A DNA stretch of 64,000 nt from Eledone cirrhosa (taxonomy: Eukaryota). Shown here one piece after another: positions 1-11,031 of the stretch. The first letter of the stretch is position 1. Every line of letters begins with the position of its first letter. The position numbers and the translations under genes were made by a program. The notes under the pieces were generated by a model. That model saw only the letters and a list, made by a program, of their open reading frames with translations, was not told the DNA's origin and searched no databases. Location of the stretch: the NCBI GenBank assembly GCA_964016885.1, contig OZ024740.1:428668001-428732000 (forward strand). The letters run 5' to 3'.

Positions 1-2121
1 CAGTAAGGTGCCGACCGCCTCGATTTCGGAGGCCGTCGACACCATTACTGTCACGTCATCGGCGTAGGCCGACACCGCTTTCCGCAATCCCGGTTCCAAA
101 GGGATGCCCTGCAACAACTCCAACTTCCGCAGTAGTGGCTCGAGAGTCAACACATACAGAAGGGAGGAGAGAGGGCACCCTTGTCGGATGGACCGCGCGA
201 TTTTGAACGGCTCCGAGAGGTAGCCGTTCACCTTGACCCTAGAGCAGATGCGGCTGCTGTGCATAGCAGTGATCCAGCCCCTGAAAACGGGTCCGAAGCC
301 TGCCGCCGCTAGCACCGCATCCAGGTAACCATGGTCGACCCTATCGAACGCCTTAGATTGATCCAAGTTGATCAGAGCCCCACCAAAGCCGGGTTCGTTC
401 CCAACCCTCTCTATGATGTATCGCATGAGGTGGAGGTTGTCATGGATGGACCTGGACGGGATAGCGCATGTCTGCGCATCTCCCACCAGGTTGCCCACGA
501 CAAGCGCCAACCTCTTTGCTAGCACCTTGGCCAAAATCTGTAACTCTGTATTTAGCAGTGTTATGGGCCTGAAGTTACTTATTTCGTCCCCCTTGTTCTC
601 GTCCTTCCTCACTAGCGTGACTACGCCCTTGGTCACAGTACAGGGAATTCTCCCGTTCTGTTGCCAGTTGCAGTAGACCGCCTCGAGGAGATCGGGGAAC
701 AAGTCCGGCATAGCTAGATATAATTCGTAAGGAAGACCATCGAGACCCGGGGATTTGCGTTTGCCGCATTGGCTCAGCACGTCCTCTATCTCAGCGGCCG
801 AAATCGGCTCCTCGCAGGACTTCGCCTCCCTGTCCGAGAGGCGCGGCAGGCCGTCGAGGTATGGACCGAAGTCCACGTTCCCAACCGGCTCCCCGCCCCT
901 CCCGAACAGTCGGGCAAAGTGCCTTTGAAAGGCCTCACACATCTGCTTAGGCTCAAGAATCGCCCGTCCATCCAGGTCTTGCAAAGACCGGATGGTGGAT
1001 TTAGTTCCACTGTTGGCCTCTGTCACGCGGGCCCAGCTAACAGCTTTGGTCCCCTCGTTCCCTAGAGCACGTATTTTACTTCGGACAACGCAGCCTTCGT
1101 GCTTCGCGTCGAAAAACTGGCTCAACGCCGTTCTCGACGCTAGCACTCTGGCCACGTCGCCGCTTCTAATTGCCTCTTCTACTCTATCTATTAGCTCCCT
1201 TTCCTTCCTATTCCTATCCGCAGCTAGAACCTTACTAAATTCTATCGAGACTACTCTAATCTCTCTCTTTAGAGATACCCACCACCTGCTGTTGACGATC
1301 GCTCCAGTCAACCGTTCCTTAACTAACGTACTAATCCGATTCCTGTAGGCTCTACTTGCCGGCAAGGACAAGTTGAGCTTCCAGTAACCGGGGCCCTGTC
1401 TAAGAGTTCTGTCAAGGTTGACCATGCAGGTCACTAATTTGTGGTCTGAATAGCCAACAATGCGCATTTTTGGACAACTTAAAAAGTCCTTATCCTTAAT
1501 TCTAACTAAGAACCTATCTAGGTACGACCTAGATGATCCGCTACGATTTGCCCAAGTCCAGGTTGGCGCAGTCGGAAAATCTAGTCGATATCTATCGGCC
1601 AGGTCAAATCGACCGATTAACCCTTTGAGGCTATTACACCCCTCTCTATCGGGGCAGGCCCCTACGTAGTCCCAGCGTGCATCTAGGATACCATTCCAGT
1701 CCCCCACTAATAGCAAGGAGCGGGACGTCCCTAGAAAAGTCTCCAGACGATGGAAGAAGTCCGGCCGCATTGACCCGAAAGGGCCGTAGGCGGCTACCAA
1801 CCTAAACGCTCCGCCTTTACCACTGCCAAGGTCCAGAACCACTAGTCGACCCTCCGGGTCCAAATGTACCATCTGTGTTGCGAGACCCAGATGTTTTTGC
1901 AGCAGAACGACAACTCCACCCCCACCTCCGGGCTGACAGAGAGATGCGTGCATCTCAAAGTCATCAAAGGTGGGGGCCAGCTGTCGCACGTTGCTGATCC
2001 GGGCCTCGCAAATAACCATCACATCTATACGTTGTGACCTGAGGTCATTTAGAAGCATTGCTTGCTTCCAAGTTGAGCCCAGGCCACGCGCATTTAAACA
2101 GCCTACTCTTAGCATAGCCAT
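1..2121 (-). CDS. Tx1 ORF2 (APE endonuclease + reverse transcriptase), partial at the window edge
   Basis: Not in the ORF track because there is no stop in the window. Manual scan: ATG at 2121 (MAMLRVGCLNARGL) and 707 codons without a stop. APE motifs ICE, YGP, GDWN, SYLDR, SDH. RT motifs KSPGLDG, FRPITLLN, DQSKAFDRV, RQGCPLS, and YADD at 55-66. Confidence 0.93.
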   Translation of the reverse strand, partial: MAMLRVGCLNARGLGSTWKQAMLLNDLRSQRIDVMVICEARISNVRQLAPTFDDFEMHASLCQPGGGGGVVVLLQKHLGLATQMVHLDPEGRLVVLDLGSGKGGAFRLVAAYGPFGSMRPDFFHRLETFLGTSRSLLLVGDWNGILDARWDYVGACPDREGCNSLKGLIGRFDLADRYRLDFPTAPTWTWANRSGSSRSYLDRFLVRIKDKDFLSCPKMRIVGYSDHKLVTCMVNLDRTLRQGPGYWKLNLSLPASRAYRNRISTLVKERLTGAIVNSRWWVSLKREIRVVSIEFSKVLAADRNRKERELIDRVEEAIRSGDVARVLASRTALSQFFDAKHEGCVVRSKIRALGNEGTKAVSWARVTEANSGTKSTIRSLQDLDGRAILEPKQMCEAFQRHFARLFGRGGEPVGNVDFGPYLDGLPRLSDREAKSCEEPISAAEIEDVLSQCGKRKSPGLDGLPYELYLAMPDLFPDLLEAVYCNWQQNGRIPCTVTKGVVTLVRKDENKGDEISNFRPITLLNTELQILAKVLAKRLALVVGNLVGDAQTCAIPSRSIHDNLHLMRYIIERVGNEPGFGGALINLDQSKAFDRVDHGYLDAVLAAAGFGPVFRGWITAMHSSRICSRVKVNGYLSEPFKIARSIRQGCPLSSLLYVLTLEPLLRKLELLQGIPLEPGLRKAVSAYADDVTVMVSTASEIEAVGTLL

Positions 2122-2145
2122 GTTGGTGGTGAAGAGAAAAGGCAC

Positions 2146-3933
2146 TTACCTCTCTGCGTCCCGGGTATCGGGCTGCACAATTTCCATTAGGGTGGGGGAT
2201 GGGTTGTTGGGTGGGGTGGTGGTTTGTGGAAGTGTGGGGGCATCAGTGTGTTGTGTGGTTGGGGAGCTTGGAGTTGTGAGGGTGTTTGGGGAGGGGGTGG
2301 GATAGTTTTTTAGGAGGACGCGGTTAATGGGCCCGACGCAGGGGGGACCCACGTCCTCTTTAAAATTGTTTTTTAAAGTTTTATAGGTGTCCTGTGGGGC
2401 CTTAATCATTTTGAGGTGGGGGAAATCCCCTGCCTGGGTGAAGTTAGGCCCTTGTGTTTTTATTAGATTGTTGTTGTACACAATGTTTAACAGTTTTTTG
2501 TTTCTTGTATTTATGTATGTGTATGCATGTTTTTGTTTTTGTGTGGTGTTTTTTGTTTGCTGTTGTGAGCTCTTTTGTGTTGGTGTCAGTGTTATGTTTT
2601 GGGGAGGGGTTGTTTTCATTTGTGTGTCTGAGGTGTGTTTTCTTTTTTTTCTTTTGATTGTGTGGAAGTGCTCCTCCTCGTCTGACGACGAACTAGGGTC
2701 ATCTTCCGCGTTGGAGGGGAGGGGTATATTTTCGGGTTGTGTTTGCGGTACGGGTGTTTTGGAAATTGTTTTTGTTTTTTGGGTGGAGGGGATGGGTTGG
2801 ACATTGTTTTGTTTTGGTTTGAGCTGTGGTGGTTGTTTTTGTAGTGGTAGTTGTGGTGATTGTGTTGGTTGTGCAGTTGTTGGTGGTGTAGGCAGGATTG
2901 GGGTTTTCTTATTAAGTTGGGGACAGACAGCCCTCAGGTGACCTCTGGTTCCGCAGAGGTAACACGAGGGCCGTCTACCCTCAACGGTAATGTTGATGAA
3001 GGTTAGATCATCCAGTATGACGCGTTCAGGGATCTGGGCGATCCTTTCGGGCCTCATTTGAACTACAAGTTCGAGGCTCGTTCCACTGAACGCGTCACCC
3101 GATGCCTTTCCCATGGACACCAGCATGTCATCCTCCAGGTCCAGAAAACCTGTCAAAACCCACCATATGTCCATAATCGGCAGGATGGTGTGGATTTTTA
3201 TTTTTTGTGTTCTTCTACCCATGTACGTAGGGTAGAAGGTGTATGCGGTGGATGTGATTGGTTTGATGGACAGTTTCACTGCTGTGTCCCTGTCCTTCAT
3301 GAGAATGGATAGACTCCCGTAGAGTCTATCCTTCTGAATGAAGGTGATGTCCTTCATGACGTCTTTTAAAACCAGCTCTATCTCGCTCTGTGATGGTTGA
3401 GCTGGTTTTTTACTTTTGTTCGAAATTGTCCTAAACATGACCGTGTTTAGGAGTCTCTGGCTTTTTAGTTCCGGGGGGGAATGGATTGTGAATGAACCAT
3501 TTTCCCCGTACACTATATATTTTTTCGCATCCGCCAGTAGCTCCTTCGCTTTTGTTATATCTACTGGCAGATAGTCGAGGGTTTTCCTTGTCGTCTCGGC
3601 GAAGGAGAAATTTTGTTTGTTTGTGTTGTTGTTGTCGTTGGTGGTGTTGTTGTTATCATTGTTGTTGTTGTCACCGTTATTGGTCTTGTTGTTGTTATTG
3701 TTATTGTTATTGGTGTTGCTTTCGTCCGTCGCATTGTTGTTGTTGTTGCTGTTGCTGCTGGTTCTTTGGGTAGTTGCCATGGCAACGTCAAGTTGTCGGT
3801 TAACAGGTGGAGAGAATTCTTCCTCTGGCTGACCTATCTTCTTGACCTCTGCTACTGTGACAGTGGCAGGGGGAAGCTGTAAGTTCATCTTCCCCTTTCC
3901 TCCTTCGAATTTTGGTGAAGAAGCTTCGGCCAT
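2146..3933 (-). CDS. Tx1 ORF1 (gag-like nucleic-acid-binding protein, 595 aa)
   Basis: CX2CX4HX4C knuckle CYLCGTRGHLRAVC, poly-Asn N-terminus, Pro/Thr-rich tail, basic KRKKRK cluster. Homologous to the copy B ORF1. Confidence 0.88.
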   Translation of the reverse strand: MAEASSPKFEGGKGKMNLQLPPATVTVAEVKKIGQPEEEFSPPVNRQLDVAMATTQRTSSNSNNNNNATDESNTNNNNNNNNKTNNGDNNNNDNNNTTNDNNNTNKQNFSFAETTRKTLDYLPVDITKAKELLADAKKYIVYGENGSFTIHSPPELKSQRLLNTVMFRTISNKSKKPAQPSQSEIELVLKDVMKDITFIQKDRLYGSLSILMKDRDTAVKLSIKPITSTAYTFYPTYMGRRTQKIKIHTILPIMDIWWVLTGFLDLEDDMLVSMGKASGDAFSGTSLELVVQMRPERIAQIPERVILDDLTFINITVEGRRPSCYLCGTRGHLRAVCPQLNKKTPILPTPPTTAQPTQSPQLPLQKQPPQLKPKQNNVQPIPSTQKTKTISKTPVPQTQPENIPLPSNAEDDPSSSSDEEEHFHTIKRKKRKHTSDTQMKTTPPQNITLTPTQKSSQQQTKNTTQKQKHAYTYINTRNKKLLNIVYNNNLIKTQGPNFTQAGDFPHLKMIKAPQDTYKTLKNNFKEDVGPPCVGPINRVLLKNYPTPSPNTLTTPSSPTTQHTDAPTLPQTTTPPNNPSPTLMEIVQPDTRDAER

Positions 3934-4148
3934 TTAAAAAAATATTGACTTTTCAACAAGAAAAAAAAACTTTTTTTTTAACTATTTCGCCTAAAGGCGT
4001 AGAATATTTTGAGAGACTGACCAGATCAAAGTTTGACCTGGCAGTCCCTCTACAAAATGGTACAAAAATTAAAGTTATCAGACAAGAATTTCTATAGAAA
4101 TTTAAACAGAACTTACTCAGCAAGTTATACGCGTGTGTCCATCCCAGA

Positions 4149-4160
4149 GATAGATAGATA
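4149..4160. repeat. (GATA)3 spacer between the 3' end of B' and the 5' end of A
   Basis: gatagatagata read directly, adjoining tatttcttttattt (minus strand AATAAAAGAAATA). Confidence 0.9.
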
Positions 4161-5122
4161 TATTTCTTTTATTTGCCACTAGGGCATCAAAAGTGGGACA
4201 AGTACAAAGGGGGGAGTTTACACAAAAAGGCGTCCTCAATAAGGAGGAGGCAATAACAAAATATAAAAATAAAATAAGATATAACAAAAAATAAAATTTT
4301 TAACAAAATCCTCAATAGAGAGGAGGCGCCTTGGGGGGTCGCACACACCCCCGAAAAAAGTGTGCAACCCTTCTCCTCAGGAGCACAGAGAAGGGGTGCT
4401 CCCTTGGTCTTTCATCTTCCTCACCTATAGTCTGATGTAGAGTGAAGGCCCATTCACACGGGCCATTCTCGCCACTTTCACCCATCTTTCATAGAAACGG
4501 CTGGGGTGCAGCACCTCTCTCTCCATCCTGATCCTTCTTCCGAAATGATATCGGAAGAAACGGACCAGTTGTTGGCCAGAGAGAAAGGTGCCCGACCTCA
4601 GTCCTTTCAGACGCGTCCACCATACAACCTCTTTCGCCATGGCTATTACGCACAGAAACACCGCCTCTGCTTCATCTTTGAAGGGGGGAGGCGGCTTGAT
4701 CATTACAATAGACTCGGTGGTCAACCGGATCGGTCCCACCCTTGACAGCAGTTGTTCGACATAGCCCCACAGATCGGCTACGCCCGAGCAGTGTACTAAT
4801 GCGTGTGCAACGGTTTCCTCGTCGCACACGCATCTGGGACAGATCTTTTTGGCGGGGTCCCTACCCGGGCGCCCGTGTCTGTAGAGCCTTTCTCGAACGG
4901 GTAAAGCCCCTCGGTAGCACTGCCAGGCCAGGGACTTCTGGAAGTTGTCCATAGGTCCCGGGCTAAATGTCCTACCGAAAAGGCTGGCCAGTTCGTCCTC
5001 CTCCATGTCTAGGGCTTCTCCGAGGGCGTCGTCGCACCTGCTGCGTACCAGCCCTCTATAGAATGTTGCGGTGGAGTCTCCACTGATAACCGGATCCGCC
5101 TGCCAGAGGGCGGTGAGCGCCT
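4161..5122 (-). mobile_element. 5'-truncated Tx1 copy B' (ORF2 C-terminus + 3'UTR)
   Basis: ORF 5006-4425 carries the zinc finger CPRCVCDEETVAHALVHC and ends LYIRL*, as in B and C. AATAAA at 4168-4173 on the minus strand. Confidence 0.9.
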
Positions 5123-5349
5123 TGCCACCAGGGCATCAAAGATTGGGACAAATACAGGGGGGGGGGGGTTATATTCATTTCAAAGGACGTGTAAAAACAT
5201 AACAAATAAAATTCAACAATCGAAGTCCTCAATAGGGAGGGGGCGTTGACGTGGATCGCACACACCCCCGAAAAAAATGTGCAGCCCTCTTCCTCGGGAG
5301 CACAGAGAGCAGGCGCTCCCTTCCTCTCCTCTTTCTTCTCCTCTCTCAC

Positions 5350-8300
5350 CTACAGCCTGATATAGAGAGAAGGCCCATTCACTCGGGCCATTCTCGCCAC
5401 TTTCACCCACCTTTCATAAAACTTGCTGGGGTACAGCACCTCTCTCTCCATTCTGATCCTTCTTCTAAAATGGTACTTGAAAAAAAGGACCAGTTGTTGG
5501 TCGGAGAGAAAAGTGTTTGACCTCAGCCCTTTCAACCTCGTCCAACATACAACCTCTTTCGTCATAGCTATCACACAGAGGAAAACCCCTCTCCTTCGTT
5601 TTTGAAGGGGGGGGGGTGATCGTGACAATGTACTCGGTGGTCAACCGGATTGGTCCCACCCGCGACAGTAGTCGTTCCACATAGTCCCACAGGTCAGCAA
5701 CGCCCGGGCAGTGTACGAATGCGTGCGCGACTGTTTCCTCGTCACGGACGCATCTCGGACAGATCTTCTTCGAGGGGTCCCTACCCGGGCGTCCGTGTCT
5801 GTAGAGCTTGTCCCGAACGGGTAGAGCTCCTCGGTAGCACTGCCAAGCCAGGGACTTTTGGAAATTGTCCATCGGTCCCGGGCCAAACGTCCTACCGAAC
5901 AGACTGGCTAGCTCGTCTTCCTCCATGCCCAGAGCCTCTCCGAGAGCGTCGTCGCACTATAGAATGTTGAGGTTGAGTCTCCACTGATTGCCGGATCCGC
6001 TTGCCAGAGGGCTGTAAGCGCCTGGGCACATTCAATGTGCCAGTCGCCCATTTTTCTTGGTTTTTGCTTGATCCAGGATTGCAGCTCGGTGAGTGAGACG
6101 AGTCTCGGAAAGGCTCGCCTCACAAAAGGGGCCCACACCGGCTGACCGGTGAGGAATACCTGGAGGTGCCGTAGCCTTAATGCGTGTCTACGCATCGTCG
6201 GCCACGGCATCCCCAGCCCTCCGTTCGAAGGGTGTTGACAACAGATGGATCTTCACACCAAAGGGGCCCGCTTCTTCCAAAGGAATCGGAAAAGCGCGCG
6301 CTCCATTTTGGCGACCGTTTTCGCTGGGCAAGGCATGACAGTCTAGCGGTAGTAGATGACGGACGCTATATAAGTGTTCGCCACCTCCGCTCGACCTTTC
6401 AGGGATAGTTTGCACTTGGCCCACTTCTGGGCGAGTGCAAACACCCTGCCCGTTACCTCGTCCCAGTTTTTCTCCACCTGGAGGTCCGGTCCGAACCAGA
6501 CCCCGAGCAGCTTCACCGGTCCCTCCGTCCAGTGTCCGACAACGCCGTCAGAGGGCATCAGTTTGCCTCTCCACGTTCCGAGTTGCAAACCGACGGACTT
6601 GTCCCGGTTCAGCTTGGCTCCTGTAAACATTTCGTATTCCTCCAGTAAGGTGCCGATCTGCCTGATTGCCGAGGCGCACGACACCATTACTGTCACCTCA
6701 TCGGCGTAGGCTGACACCGCTTTCCGCAATCGCAGTTCCAAGGGGATTCCCTGCAACAGCTCCAACTTCCGCAGTAGTGGCTCCAGAGCCAGCACATACA
6801 GAAGGGAGGAGAGAGGGCATCCCTGTCGGATGGATCGCGCGATGTGGAACGGCTCCGAGAGGTAGCCGTTCACCTTGACCCTTGAGCAGATGTTGATGCT
6901 GTGCATTGCAGCAATCCAGCCCGTGAAAAGGGGTCCGAAGCCTGCCGCCCCGAGCACCGCATCCAGGTACCGATGGTCCACCCTATCGAACCTTAGATTG
7001 ATCCAAGTTGATCAGGGCCCCACCAAAGCCGGGTTCGTTCCCTACCCTCTCTACGATGTATTGCATGAGGTGGAGATTGTCGTGTATGGACCTGGACGGG
7101 ATTGCGCATGTCTGCGCTTCTCCCACCAGGTTTCCGACGACAAGCGCCAACCTCTTCGCTAACACCTTGGCCAAAATCTTTAACTCTGTGTTTAGCAGAG
7201 TTATCGGCCTGAAGTTATCTATGTCATCCCCCTTGTTCTCGTCCTTCCTCACCAGCGTGACTACGCCCTTGGTCACAGAACTGGGAATTCTCCTGTTCTG
7301 TTGTCAGTTGTAGTAGAGGAGATCGGAGAACAAGTCCGGCATCGCTACATAAAGTTCGTATGGTAGACCATCGAGACCGGGAGATTTGCGTTTGCCGCAT
7401 TGGCTCAGCGCTTCCCCTATTTCAGCGGCTGAAATCGGCCTTTCGCAGGACTTCGCCTCCCCGTCCGAGAGCCGCGCCAGACCGTCGAGGTATGGACCGA
7501 AATCCATGGTCTCACCCAACCCGCCGCCCCTCCCGAACAGTCGTGCAAAGCGCCGTTGAAAGGCCGCGCACATTCGCTCAGGTTCAAGGATCACGCGTCC
7601 TTCCTGGTCCTTCAAAGACCGAATCGTGGACTTGTTTCCACTTTTTGCCTCTGTCACTCGGGTTAACAGCTTTGGCTCCCTCGTTATCCAGAACACGTAT
7701 TTTACTCCTGACAACGCAGCCCTCGTGCTTCGCGTCAAAGAACTGGTCTAGCGCCGTTCTTGACGCCAGCACGCCGGTCACGTTGCCACTCCTAATCGCC
7801 TCCTCTACTTTATCTATCAATTCCCTTTCAGTTCTATTCCTATCTGATGCTAATTCCTGACTAAAACCTATCGATTCTATTCTTATTTTTCTCTTGAGAG
7901 AGCCCCACCACCTGCTGTTGACAATTTCTCCGGTCAACCGCTGCTTAACTAGAGTGATAATCCGCTTACTGTAAGCTTTGTTTGTCGGTAAGGACAAGTT
8001 TAGCTTCCAGTAACCGGGTCCTTGTCTATGGGTTCTATCAAGATTGACCACTCCAGTCACCAACTTGTGATCCGAATAGTCAACCATGAACATTAGTGGA
8101 CAGCTTAATATGTCCCTATCCTTATTTCTAACTAGCAACCTATCTAGGTACGACCTAGATGTTCCGCTACGATTAGTACACGTCCACAGTGGCACAGTCG
8201 GAAAATATAGTCGGCCAGATCAAATCGGCCGATTAACCGTTTGAGGCTGTTACACCCCCCTCTATCGGGAAGGAGCGAGACGTTCCCAGAAAAGTCTCGC

Positions 8301-8652
8301 GGTGTCCCAGATGGGGCATAGGCTGCCACCAGTCTGAAGGCTCCACCTTCACTACTGCCGACGTCTAGAACCACCAGTCGACCCTCCGGGTCTAGGTGTA
8401 CCTTCCGTGTTGCGAGGCCCAGGTGTTTTGGCAGCGGAACGACCACCCCGTCCCCAGCCCCTGCTGACAGAGAGATGTATAGATCTCAAAGTCGTCGAAG
8501 ATGGGGGCCAGTTGGTGCTCACTGCTGATCCTGGACGCGCAAATAGCTATCACATCCATTCTGTGCGACCTGAGGTCATTTAAGAGTTTGCCCTGCTTCC
8601 AGGACATCCCCAGGTCGCGCACATTTAAACATCCAACTCATATAACAGCCAT
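5350..8652 (-). pseudogene. Copy B ORF2 pseudogene (APE-RT-Zn finger)
   Basis: ATG at 8652 followed by a TGA at codon 5. Split across many ORFs (8622-8392, 8195-7584, 7738-7304, 7276-6983, 6981-6343, 6210-5908, 5926-5465, 5628-5350). Catalytic YADD reads YADE. Internal deletions near 8270, 8195, 7310 and 5957. Confidence 0.88.
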
Positions 8653-8695
8653 GTTGGTGGTGAAGAGTTTAGAGTGGAGAAAAAGAAAAGTACAC

Positions 8696-10402
8696 CTACC
8701 TGTCCTTCTCCAGGGGACCAGGCTGCACAATTTCCATGGGGGTGTCGGCGGGGTTGTTTGGTGGCGTGGCGGTTTGGGATGTGGTGGGGATATCAGTGTG
8801 TGGTGCGGTGGGGTGTTTGGTTGGGGAGGGGTGTCTGGGGTGGTGGTGGGGAAACATTTCAAGAGGACGCGGTTGCTAGGTGTAGTACAGGGGTTCCCCA
8901 CGTCCTCGGGAAAGTTCTGTTTGAGCATTGCGTAGGTGTCCCTTGGGACCCTAATCATTTTTAAATGCGGTTTAGTCGCCGCGTTGGTGAACATTTTCCC
9001 TTCGGTTTCCACCGAAGGGTCTTTGTCTATTGCTTGCACAAGTGTTTTGTTGTTTGTGTTGATGTATGTATACTGTTTTTGTTGTGTTGTGTTTGTTTTT
9101 GTTTGTTGTTCTTGTGTGTGTTTGCGTTTTGTAGTATGTGTTATGTTTTCGGGAGGGGTGGGTTTTTTTGTTTGTGATGTTTGTTCTGTTTGTGCTGGTG
9201 GTTGTGTGTTTGTTGCATTTTTTGTTAATGTGGTGCCTTCTTTTCTTTCTTTTTACCGGTTGAAATGGTTCCCCCTCGTCGTCACTGGGTGACGTTGATA
9301 AGGGGTCCTCGCCCGTGTTGTTGGGGAGGGGTATATTTTGGGGTTTTGTTGTGGTTGCTTTTGTATTTGTTTTAGGTGGGGAGGGGTTTGATGGGACAGT
9401 GTCTTGTGTTGTTATTTTTTCGTGTTGTTGTGGTTGTTGTCGTGGTGATGGTGGTGGTGGTGGTGGTGGTGGCTGTGTTGTTGTGTATGGGGTGGGCAGA
9501 AGCGTCTTTTTTTTGGGGGGGGGGGTGGCATTTAAAAGAGGACAGGAAGCCCTCGGGTGACCACTTCTTGAACAGTGGTAGCATGAAGGCCGCCTGCCCA
9601 CAACAGAAATGTTTATGAAGGCGACTCCATCCAGGGACACACGCTGCGGTATTCTTGCTATCCGTTCTGGTCTCATTTGGACCAGAACTTCAAGGTTATT
9701 GCCGCCGAATACGCCCCCGGTGGATTCGCCTATCGAAAGGATTGTGTCCTCATCTTCTAAGAATCCCGTTAGCACCCACCAAATGCTCGCATTTGGCCTG
9801 ATGCCCGAGATTCTTATCTTTTGAGTTATTTTCCCCAAATATGTGGGAAAAAAGGTGTATGCTTTGGATACAATTGGCGACACAGAATATTTCCGTGCCG
9901 CCAATTCATCTTGCATTAAAACAGATATGCTTCCATACAGTTTCCCTTTCTGTATGAAAGCGATATCCTTCCAGGCACTACTTAGGACCAGCTCAATTTC
10001 GCTTTGGGACAATTGACCCAGTTTCCTGGTCGTGTTCGAACCTGTCCGAAAGATTACGGTCCTGAGGACTGTGTCCCTTCTAATTTCTTCGGGTGAGGTA
10101 ATTGTGAATTCCCCACCTTCCCCGAAAGTTACACAATTCCTTGCTTCTTTCAGCAATTTCTTGGCATTCGAGATGTCCAGTGCCTTGTATGTCTGCGTTT
10201 CTCGGACCGCCTGTGCGAAGGAGACTGCAGCTGTGGGTCCGTTTTCTTTCGTGTTGTTATCATTGTTGTTGTTGTTATTCGTGTTGGCTTGCTTTTTTCC
10301 TTTGTTGGTGTTGTCATTATTGCTGTCGTTGATTGTGTTGTTATTGTCATTGTTGTTCTTTTTTGTGCAATTGTTACTTTTGGGGTATTCCCCCATTTCC
10401 AC
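8696..10402 (-). pseudogene. Copy B ORF1, frameshifted
   Basis: 476-aa ORF with CYHCSRSGHPRASC, continued in shifted frames (PHLKMIRVPRDTY..., then MEIVQP...R*). Colinear with copy A ORF1. Confidence 0.82.
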
Positions 10403-10751
10403 AATTTTCCCTTTTGATTCCGTGGTGTCTTTTGCGAGAGTGAGGGGGAAGGCTTACAGCGTTTTGCTGCTACCTTCTCTCTATCACTTTCCTTGGGTGC
10501 ATGGCATGCGTCGTATTAATGGCGTCCATTGTCACTAAACGACTTTTCATCGACAACTTATAACTATCAAATTTTGTCCCAAAAAGGGGCGAAATTTATT
10601 TTACCCAACGAGCGGTTAAACACAAATTTATTTTACCCAGGCGAGAGGTTAAACACAACAAATAACAAATTACTTAAACAAACCTACCGCTTCTCGTAAT
10701 AAATTCCGACAAAATGCAGGAGCGAAACAAAAACACGTCTATCTTCTCCGA

Positions 10752-10988
10752 GATAGATAGATAGCTATAGATAGATAGGTAGGTAGGTAGATAGATAGAT
10801 ATAGATATATATAGGTAGATAGATAGATTGATAGATAGATAGGTAGGTAGGTAGATAGATAGATAGGTAGGTAGCTAGATAGATAGATATAGATATATAG
10901 GTAGATAGATAGATATAGATAGATATAGATAGATAGGTAGGTAGATAGATATAGCTATATAGGTAGGTAGATAGATAGATAGGTAGAT

Positions 10989-11031
<43 letters not shown>
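10752..11031. repeat. Compound (GATA)n/(GGTA)n microsatellite between the 3' end of C and the 5' end of B
   Basis: Read directly, about 280 bp. Confidence 0.95.

Larger units (their letters stand above)
1..4146 (-). mobile_element. Tx1/L1-clade non-LTR retrotransposon, copy A (5' end at ~4146, runs off the left window edge), coding-intact within the window
   Basis: 5'UTR ~4146-3934, then ORF1 with a CCHC knuckle, a 24-bp spacer, and ORF2 with APE+RT. Two-ORF layout and the GPGYWKLN linker are typical of L1/Tx1. Confidence 0.93.
5123..10749 (-). mobile_element. Full-length but degenerate Tx1 copy B (3' tail missing)
   Basis: 5'UTR from ~10749 with a 2x~32-bp tandem repeat at 10592-10658, broken ORF1 and ORF2, 3'UTR 5349-5123. 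Confidence 0.9.

Noticed and set aside
10752-11031. Telomeric retrotransposon array
   Set aside because: The architecture is similar, but the spacer is GATA/GGTA and no TTAGGG or TTAGG tracts are seen.
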